A DNA stretch of 64,000 nucleotides from a virus. This document shows, one piece after another, positions 57,101-64,000 of this stretch; position 1 is the first letter of the stretch; each line of letters opens with the position of its first letter. The notes under the pieces are model-generated. The model had not been told where the DNA came from. It did no database searches and saw nothing but the letters and a program-made list of their open reading frames with translations. The position numbers were made by a program, and so were the translations under genes. The stretch is from the IMG/VR virus record IMGVR_UViG_3300046318_000188, positions 1 through 64,000 of that record; one strand, written 5' to 3'.

Positions 57101-57175
57101 AGCGGTGTAGCTCAGTAGTAGAGCGCCGGACTCATAATCCGGATGTCGGTAGTGCGAATCTACCCACCGCAACCA
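57101..57175 (+). tRNA. tRNA-Met(CAT), initiator-like
   Basis: 1:72 mismatch; CCGGA-CT-CAT-AA-TCCGG; CCA. Confidence 0.8.
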
Positions 57176-57188
57176 ACAAGGAGATATT

Positions 57189-57344
57189 ATGTCAGAAGAT
57201 GATAAAAAATTTCATGAAGAACAATTAAAAAAGGTTCGAGATTTAAAACCTGTTGGCAAACCACAACAGAGGCCAGCATTAAAACCCAAACCAAATTTCG
57301 TACCTAAAAATACTGTAATGCGTAAAGCTGGCCGAGGTAGGTGA
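57189..57344 (+). CDS. Small basic hypothetical protein (51 aa)
   Basis: RBS AAGGAG; ends MRKAGRGR. Confidence 0.6.
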   Translation: MSEDDKKFHEEQLKKVRDLKPVGKPQQRPALKPKPNFVPKNTVMRKAGRGR

Positions 57345-57350
57345 TACAAC

Positions 57351-57644
57351 CTAACTTAAAGTATTTTGTCCCACAGCTAAAACACAACCCAATGATTTAT
57401 CCATTTCAATCAATGTCCATGATCCCGTTTCTTTATTGGAAAACATAACAATTTGAGTTTTTCTTTTGGTTATTTCATTTGAATAAAAGAAAACAGCGGA
57501 CTCTTTGAATTGAGTGTCAATCGTATAGAGAAGTATTTTGGTTGGAAAACATTGTACAGATTTGCTATAGAAATCGCCATCATTTTCTTTAGCAATTGTC
57601 ATTGAGGGTATCACAACAAGAAGCGCCAAAAGCAATTTTTTCAT
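57351..57644 (-). CDS. Exported hypothetical protein
   Basis: Signal peptide; RBS AAGGA on minus strand; N.ETGSWTLIE..GCVLAVG. Confidence 0.65.
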   Translation of the reverse strand: MKKLLLALLVVIPSMTIAKENDGDFYSKSVQCFPTKILLYTIDTQFKESAVFFYSNEITKRKTQIVMFSNKETGSWTLIEMDKSLGCVLAVGQNTLS

Positions 57645-57678
57645 CGGAATCCTTTTTTGGTATATAATTATATATGTC

Positions 57679-57707
57679 TTTACATTTGTATATTTTAGTA
57701 GTATAAT
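57679..57707 (+). promoter_or_regulatory. Sigma70-type promoter
   Basis: TTTACA-17-TATAAT. Confidence 0.7.
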
Positions 57708-57717
57708 GATTCATTAT

Positions 57718-57791
57718 GCGGGATTAGTTTAATGGTAAAACTAGAGATTTCCAATCTTTCGTCATCAGTTCGATTCTGATATCCCGCTCCA
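57718..57791 (+). tRNA. tRNA-Gly(TCC) copy 2
   Basis: 68/74 identical to 53295-53368. Confidence 0.9.
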
Positions 57792-57808
57792 CTTTATCAG
57801 GAGAAAAC

Positions 57809-58120
57809 ATGGAAGTATTAGCCCTTAAATTAATTACCGGTGAAGATTTACTTGGTGAACTAGAATCACAATCAGAAACCGAATTCGTTATTGTAAATCC
57901 TGTGGGTATTGCAGTAGTTCGTGGTAAAGATGGCACACCACAAGTTGGATTCTCACCATTCCCTATTCATGCGGAACAAAAATCAGGTGCAACTATTGCC
58001 TTGGCCAAGAAGAATGTAGTATACTCTTATACACCAGCAGAAGATTTTATTACAAACTATAGTTCAATCTTTGGTTCTGGTATTGTAGTTCCTCCACAAA
58101 AACAAATTATTACAGGTTAA
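57809..58120 (+). CDS. Conserved hypothetical (Sm-like fold) protein
   Basis: LKLITGEDLLG...FGSGIVVP. Confidence 0.65.
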   Translation: MEVLALKLITGEDLLGELESQSETEFVIVNPVGIAVVRGKDGTPQVGFSPFPIHAEQKSGATIALAKKNVVYSYTPAEDFITNYSSIFGSGIVVPPQKQIITG

Positions 58121-58121
58121 A

Positions 58122-60665
58122 TTGAGTAAATTCTATACTAATGTTCAATGTTTTGGTAACAACATTTTCTACCGTGGAGTTATAGACGGACAGAAAGTTA
58201 AACAAAAGATTGAATACTCACCATCTCTTTTTCTTCCATCACGGAAGAACCCACAAGGAATTTACAAATCTCTGACTGGTCTTCCATTAGACCAGAAAAT
58301 CTTTGGTACAATGCGTGAAGCAAGAGATTATGTAAAACAATTTGATGGTGTTCATGGTACTCCAATCATTTATGGTCAAACTCGTTTTGAATATGCCTTT
58401 ATTGCAGAACAACACAAAGGTATGGTCGATTATGATTATGACCATGTTTCTGTTGCCGTAATCGATATTGAGGTAGGTTCAGAGAATGGATTTCCTGACC
58501 CATATAAAGCAGAAGAACCCATTACAGCCATTTGTGTTAAGTTTCTAAATCAATCACCATTTGTATTTGCTTGTGGTGAATATGAAACACAAGGTAATGA
58601 AGTGTATATTCGTTGTAAAGATGAATATTCACTCTGTAAACAATTCATGCATTTCTGGAAAGACAAATATCCGGATGTCGTTACTGGTTGGAATACTAAG
58701 TTCTTTGATATACCATATCTTGTCAATCGTTTCAGAAAAATTCTTGGTGAAGATGAAGCTAAGAAATTATCTCCTTGGAATTATATTACAGAACGCAAAG
58801 CAAGAGTAAATAACCGTGAACTAATTGAATACAGTTTAGTTGGTATCTCATCACTTGATTATATTGAACTTTACAGATGGTATGCTCCTGGCGGTAAGTC
58901 ACAAGAATCATATCGTTTAGATGCCATTGCTCAAGTTGAATTGGGTGAAGGTAAAATCTCCTATGATGAGTATGATAATTTACATTCATTATATCGTTTG
59001 AACTTCCAAAAGTTTATTGAGTATAACATTAAAGACGTTGAGTTGATTGTTAAATTGGAAGATAAGTTGAAGTTGCTTGAATTGGCAGTAACTTTGGCAT
59101 ATGATACCAAATCAAACTTTGATGATGTATTTGCTCAAACCCGTATGTGGGATGCTCTGACTAATGCTTATTTGTTGGAGAAGAATATCATTGTACCACC
59201 TCGTATCGTTAAAGAAAAAGATGGTATGTTTGAAGGTGCATATGTTAAAGAAGTTCAGGTTGGTGCTCATGCTTGGGTTGCCTCATTTGACTTGAACTCT
59301 TTGTATCCACATTTGATGATGCAATATAATATCAGTCCAGAAACTCTCATTGAGCCGGCAGACTATACAGATGAAATGCGTGAGGTGCTTTCACAGGGTG
59401 TTTCTGTTGAGAAGATGTTAAACAAACAAATTGATACTTCAAATCTCAAAGATGTAACTATCACTCCTAATGGCCAATTCTTCCGTACGGACATCCAAGG
59501 TTTCTTACCTGGAATGATGGAAGAAATGTATAATGATAGAAGTAAGTTTAAAAAATTAATGCTTAAAGCAAAACAGGAATATGAAAATGAAAAAGACCCA
59601 AGTAAACTCTATGAAATCGAAAAACGAATTGCCAAATACAACAACATCCAGTTGGCGAAAAAAGTTTCTCTCAATTCTGCATACGGCGCTCTTGGTTCTC
59701 AGTATTTTCGTTTCTATGATTTGCGTATGGCTCTTGGCGTTACCACTGCGGGACAATTAAGCATTCGTTGGATTGAAGCCAAGATTAATGCTTGGATGAA
59801 TAAAATTTTGGAGACCAAAGATGTTGACTATGTTATTGCTTCTGATACTGATTCAATTTACCTACGAATGAGAGAATTGGTTGATAAATTTATTAAGGAT
59901 AAGTCCGATAAACAAAAAGTAATCTCTCTCATGGATAAAGTTTGTGAAGATAAGATACAACCTTATATCGATAAGTCTTATGATGAGTTGGCTGAATATG
60001 TTCACGCATATGGCCAGAAAATGCAGATGAAACGAGAAGGTCTATCTGATAAAGGTATTTGGACTGCCAAGAAGCGTTATATTCTGAATGTGTATAACAA
60101 TGAAGGTGTTCAATATAATGAACCACAGATGAAGGTGATGGGTTTGGAGATGATTAAGTCATCAACACCTGCCGTTATCCGTGAGAAGATGAAACAAGCA
60201 ATCACTATCATCATGAATGGTACTGAAGAAGATATTCATGAATTCATTAAAGAAGCCAAAAAAGATTTCATGGGATTACCACCGGAAGAAATCTCCTCAC
60301 CCCGTGGTTGTAACGGCTTGTCTAAATATTCGGACGCTTTATCAATGTATAAGTCTGGTACACCAATGCATGTCAAAGGTGCCATCTTATATAATCACTA
60401 TCTTAAAGAGAAAAAACTTACTAAAAAGTATCCACTCATACAAGAAGGCGAGAAACTAAAATATAGTTATCTCAAGATGCCTAATCCATTCAAAGATACC
60501 GTCATTTCATTCCCTGGTCGTTTACCTGTAGAATTTGGACTCAATGAATATATTGATTATGATGTTCAATTTGAAAAGGCCTTTGTTGAACCAATCAAAG
60601 TTATTCTAGATTGTATGAAGTGGTCAACTGAAAAAGTAAGTAGTTTGGAGGATTTCTTCTCATGA
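58122..60665 (+). CDS. gp43: Family B DNA polymerase gp43
   Basis: DIEV exo; SFDLNSLYP; KVSLNSAYG; DTDS. Confidence 0.98.
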   Translation: MSKFYTNVQCFGNNIFYRGVIDGQKVKQKIEYSPSLFLPSRKNPQGIYKSLTGLPLDQKIFGTMREARDYVKQFDGVHGTPIIYGQTRFEYAFIAEQHKGMVDYDYDHVSVAVIDIEVGSENGFPDPYKAEEPITAICVKFLNQSPFVFACGEYETQGNEVYIRCKDEYSLCKQFMHFWKDKYPDVVTGWNTKFFDIPYLVNRFRKILGEDEAKKLSPWNYITERKARVNNRELIEYSLVGISSLDYIELYRWYAPGGKSQESYRLDAIAQVELGEGKISYDEYDNLHSLYRLNFQKFIEYNIKDVELIVKLEDKLKLLELAVTLAYDTKSNFDDVFAQTRMWDALTNAYLLEKNIIVPPRIVKEKDGMFEGAYVKEVQVGAHAWVASFDLNSLYPHLMMQYNISPETLIEPADYTDEMREVLSQGVSVEKMLNKQIDTSNLKDVTITPNGQFFRTDIQGFLPGMMEEMYNDRSKFKKLMLKAKQEYENEKDPSKLYEIEKRIAKYNNIQLAKKVSLNSAYGALGSQYFRFYDLRMALGVTTAGQLSIRWIEAKINAWMNKILETKDVDYVIASDTDSIYLRMRELVDKFIKDKSDKQKVISLMDKVCEDKIQPYIDKSYDELAEYVHAYGQKMQMKREGLSDKGIWTAKKRYILNVYNNEGVQYNEPQMKVMGLEMIKSSTPAVIREKMKQAITIIMNGTEEDIHEFIKEAKKDFMGLPPEEISSPRGCNGLSKYSDALSMYKSGTPMHVKGAILYNHYLKEKKLTKKYPLIQEGEKLKYSYLKMPNPFKDTVISFPGRLPVEFGLNEYIDYDVQFEKAFVEPIKVILDCMKWSTEKVSSLEDFFS

Positions 60666-61525
60666 TTTACTTTACATTCGCAGCAGCATTTCTATTATCT
60701 GTTATTGCTGGTTATTATTCAGTAATAGGTCTTGCTGCTATTTTTATGGGTGCATTTTGGCCAGTTATTATTATGGGTGGTTCCCTTGAATTTGCTAAGT
60801 TGGTTACCGCATCTTGGTTATATCGAAACTGGAAAAATGCACCTTTTTTATTACGGACATATTTGGTTATTGCCGTAATGTTGCTCATGCTCATTACTTC
60901 AATGGGTATTTTTGGTTTCTTGGCCAAAGCACATATAGATTCTACATTAGATGCTGGTGCAAATTCGGTAGAACTTAAAACTTTGAATCAGCAACAAAAA
61001 ATTGCTGATGAAAGATTGAACTACTTATTAGCAAGAGCCAAAGACCCATCAACGGCAAGTAATCAATTGGATAGACAGATTCAGAATACTCAAAAAGAAC
61101 TTACCGAAATTAATAAGAAACGATTGCCACTTCTCCGTGAAGAAAACAAACTTGTGGCAGATATTGGACCAATCAAGTATGTGGCAGATATGTTCTTTAA
61201 TGGTGATGGTGCCGTAGATAAGGCAGTCAGACTGGTAATCTTTATCATTATGCTTGTGTTTGACCCATTAGCTGTGTTATTATTAATAGCAGCGAATATC
61301 TCAATGAAGAAACCTGAAAGAGTGGAAAAGACTTGGGATGATTTCTTTAATAATGCACCAATACCAGAAGATTCTATTGAGATTGAAAAAGAGAATATTG
61401 CTGAGATTGAACCTGTTGCAGAAGAACTAAAAAAGAAACGTGGATTTCCCAATCGGAAATCTAAGATAGATAGTATGTATGTAGATGATGCTGAGTTGGC
61501 ATTTCGTAAAAAGGAAAATGAATGA
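60662..61525 (+). CDS. Membrane coiled-coil hypothetical protein
   Basis: TM helices; ITSMGIFGFL; VFDPLAV. Confidence 0.7.
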   Translation: MIYFTFAAAFLLSVIAGYYSVIGLAAIFMGAFWPVIIMGGSLEFAKLVTASWLYRNWKNAPFLLRTYLVIAVMLLMLITSMGIFGFLAKAHIDSTLDAGANSVELKTLNQQQKIADERLNYLLARAKDPSTASNQLDRQIQNTQKELTEINKKRLPLLREENKLVADIGPIKYVADMFFNGDGAVDKAVRLVIFIIMLVFDPLAVLLLIAANISMKKPERVEKTWDDFFNNAPIPEDSIEIEKENIAEIEPVAEELKKKRGFPNRKSKIDSMYVDDAELAFRKKENE

Positions 61526-62601
61526 GTATACTTGACAAAATTAAAAAGAATAGTAGCATTAAAGAGTCTGCTATTCTAGCAAAATCTAAATTCTTCACAC
61601 AGAAGGATATGATTCCTACTTCCGTGCCTATTATTAATGTGGCATTATCAGGTCGCCTTGATGGTGGTTTAACACCAGGTCTTACAATGTGGGCAGGTCC
61701 ATCCAAACATTTTAAGACAGCATTTTCATTATTGATGGCCAAATCTTACTTGGACAAATATCCTGATGCTGCGCTTCTTTTTTATGATTCTGAATTCGGT
61801 ACGCCACAATCTTATTTTGATTCTTTTGGTATTGATACTAATAGAGTATTACATACGCCACTCACCGACATAGAACAATTAAAAATTGACTTGATGCAAC
61901 AGTTAAATCAAGTTGAACGAGGTGAACATTTGATTGTTGTTGTTGATTCAATTGGTAACTTGGCATCCATTAAAGAAGTTAATGATGCACTTGATGGTAA
62001 AACTGTCGGTGATATGTCAAGAGCAAAAGCCGTTAAGTCTTTGTTTAGAATGGTTACACCACACTTATCACTTAAAGATATTCCGATGGTTGTTGTTAAT
62101 CATACTTACATGGAAATTGGAATGTTCCCTAAAGCAATTGTTGGTGGTGGTACAGGTTCTTACTATTCTGCTGATAACATTTTTGTGTTGGGTCGCCAAC
62201 AAGAAAAAGAAGGTACTGAAGTTGTGGGTTATAATTTTATTATTAATGTGGAGAAATCACGATATGTTAAAGAAAAATCTAAGATTCCTGTTTCCGTTTC
62301 TTTTGATGGAGGCATTTCTCGTTGGTCTGGTTTACTTGACATTGCACTCGATTCAGGATTGGTTATTAAACCATCTAACGGTTGGTATTCACGGGTTGAT
62401 GTAACAACTGGTGAAGTAGAAGATAAGAAATACCGTTTGAAAGAAACCGACACAAAAGATTTTTGGATGCCACTTATTACTAGTGAGAAGTTCCAAAGTT
62501 ATGTTAAAGACAAATATCAAATTGCTTCGGGTGCCATCATGCAAGGTGGTGAAGAAGAATTGTTTGATGAAGTTATTACTATGAATGGAACAGAAGAATG
62601 A
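61522..62601 (+). CDS. uvsX: RecA-like recombinase UvsX
   Basis: AGPSKHFKT; FYDSEFG; DSIGNLAS. Confidence 0.96.
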   Translation: MSILDKIKKNSSIKESAILAKSKFFTQKDMIPTSVPIINVALSGRLDGGLTPGLTMWAGPSKHFKTAFSLLMAKSYLDKYPDAALLFYDSEFGTPQSYFDSFGIDTNRVLHTPLTDIEQLKIDLMQQLNQVERGEHLIVVVDSIGNLASIKEVNDALDGKTVGDMSRAKAVKSLFRMVTPHLSLKDIPMVVVNHTYMEIGMFPKAIVGGGTGSYYSADNIFVLGRQQEKEGTEVVGYNFIINVEKSRYVKEKSKIPVSVSFDGGISRWSGLLDIALDSGLVIKPSNGWYSRVDVTTGEVEDKKYRLKETDTKDFWMPLITSEKFQSYVKDKYQIASGAIMQGGEEELFDEVITMNGTEE

Positions 62602-62915
62602 TAGAAGGTATTGACTATTGCTTCATCTATCCAAAAGAAGATGAAGCTGCGGTTCATATAAAATTACTTGATGGTCCTTACAAAGATACCACATACAAAT
62701 ATGGTAGAGTTAGTTTTGAGGAAAAAGATGAGCAGGTCTATTTACAATTCAAGTTTGATGTGATAGAATCCACCATCAAGACAAAAACATTGGAGAAAGA
62801 CCTTGATTTTAAAAATTACATTGGTGACTTGCTTGTTGAAATCATGTCATCTAACATTGAGCAGGAAATAATTGATGAAACTGGAACAATCGATTCTGAA
62901 GAATCTGGTCTATAA
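62598..62915 (+). CDS. Hypothetical protein (gp40 position)
   Basis: Coupled ORF between uvsX and gp41. Confidence 0.6.
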   Translation: MIEGIDYCFIYPKEDEAAVHIKLLDGPYKDTTYKYGRVSFEEKDEQVYLQFKFDVIESTIKTKTLEKDLDFKNYIGDLLVEIMSSNIEQEIIDETGTIDSEESGL

Positions 62916-64000
62916 TGAGGACTACCTAAGAAAAGTTTTACCATTCTTAAAATCTGATTATTTCTCCGACAGAACGGAGAGAACACTCTACAATGAAATC
63001 ACCTCGTTTACTGAAACTTACAATACTCCGCCTACGATTGAAGCACTCTCAATTGCCGTCAAAGAGAGGAACAATCTTTCGGATGATGAAGTTAAGAACT
63101 GCGAAACTTATCTCGAAGAAATTGAGGCTCATAGCAAAGAGCAAACCGAGATACAATGGCTTGTTGACAAGACAGAAAAGTTTTGCCAAGAGAAGGCGAT
63201 ATACAATGCCGTATTGGGGGCAATTTCAATTCTCGATGGTAAGGACAAAGATAAAGACAAAGGTGCAATTCCCTCTATATTATCGGACGCCTTGGCCGTT
63301 TCATTTGATACAACAGTAGGACACGATTACTTACAGGACTCTGATGCTCGATTTGATTTCTATCATAGAAAAGAGGAACGAATTCCTTTCGACTTGGAAT
63401 TCTTCAACAAGATTACAAAGGGTGGTTTGCCAAGTAAAACTCTCAATATTGCTCTTGCGGGGACTGGTGTTGGTAAATCTCTTTTTATGTGTCATGTGGC
63501 AGCAGGCGCAATGGTCCAAGGCAAAAATGCTTTGTACATCACGATGGAAATGGCTGAAGAAAAGATTGCAGAACGTATTGATGCGAATCTTTTGAATGTT
63601 ACTTTAGATGACCTTATTGATTTACCAAAAGAAATGTATGACAAAAAGGTTGCTAGGGTTCGTGAGAAGTGTACCGGTAAACTTATTATTAAAGAATACC
63701 CAACCGCTTCGGCATCCGCAACTCATTTTAGGACTCTATTAAATGAACTTAATCTCAAGAAGTCTTTTATACCTGACATTATCTTTATTGATTACCTTAA
63801 TATCTGTTGTTCTTCTCGTATCAAGGCTGGTGCGAATATCAACTCTTACACTTACGTTAAGTCAATCGCAGAAGAACTTAGGGGTCTTGCGGTTGAATAT
63901 AATGTTCCTATTGTATCTGCTACTCAAACTACCAGAAGCGGATTCACATCGTCTGATCCAGGACTGGAGGATACGAGTGAGTCATTCGGGTTGCCTGCAA
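62875..64000 (+). CDS. gp41: Replicative helicase gp41 (3'-truncated; absent from ORF track)
   Basis: MKLEQSILKNL..; LAGTGVGKS; IDYLNIC; SATQTTRSG. Confidence 0.95.
   Translation, partial: MKLEQSILKNLVYNEDYLRKVLPFLKSDYFSDRTERTLYNEITSFTETYNTPPTIEALSIAVKERNNLSDDEVKNCETYLEEIEAHSKEQTEIQWLVDKTEKFCQEKAIYNAVLGAISILDGKDKDKDKGAIPSILSDALAVSFDTTVGHDYLQDSDARFDFYHRKEERIPFDLEFFNKITKGGLPSKTLNIALAGTGVGKSLFMCHVAAGAMVQGKNALYITMEMAEEKIAERIDANLLNVTLDDLIDLPKEMYDKKVARVREKCTGKLIIKEYPTASASATHFRTLLNELNLKKSFIPDIIFIDYLNICCSSRIKAGANINSYTYVKSIAEELRGLAVEYNVPIVSATQTTRSGFTSSDPGLEDTSESFGLPA

Noticed and set aside
62993-63595. ORF-track proteins at 62993, 63331 and 63344
   Set aside because: Out-of-frame shadows of the gp41 helicase gene starting at 62875.

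Overview
A 64-kb segment of a large, AT-rich T4-like myovirus genome. Almost all genes are on the + strand and use the standard genetic code; the host is probably a Gram-negative proteobacterium (inference). Order: glycosyltransferases; collagen-like and Cys-rich YadA-head-like fibre genes; Gly-rich proteins and 2OG-Fe(II) oxygenases; the T4 core virion module (gp13-gp23, gp3); uvsY/uvsW/gp55/gp47/gp46; a def/DUF4338-like/GT-like/DUF5664-like block; gp45/44/62/regA; Hsp20 and rubrerythrin-rubredoxin; about 30 tRNA genes covering all 20 amino acids (48.7-57.8 kb); an envelope-gene island between two tRNA-Gly copies; then gp43, uvsX and a partial gp41. The most notable signals are in the tRNA locus. 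(1) An unannotated 33-codon leader ORF uses 19 of 20 amino acids and 29 different codons, and its last codons form an antiterminator against an intrinsic terminator just ahead of the tRNAs, suggesting a 'tRNA-pool-sensing' attenuator. (2) Five RNA cassettes closed by a conserved, covarying 17-23-bp stem lie among the tRNAs. (3) A basic ORF runs into tRNA-Lys, so tRNA processing would leave a nonstop mRNA (ArfA-like logic). (4) There is a miniature tRNA-Gly(ACC)-like RNA. All family assignments are from recognising motifs by eye; no searches were run.
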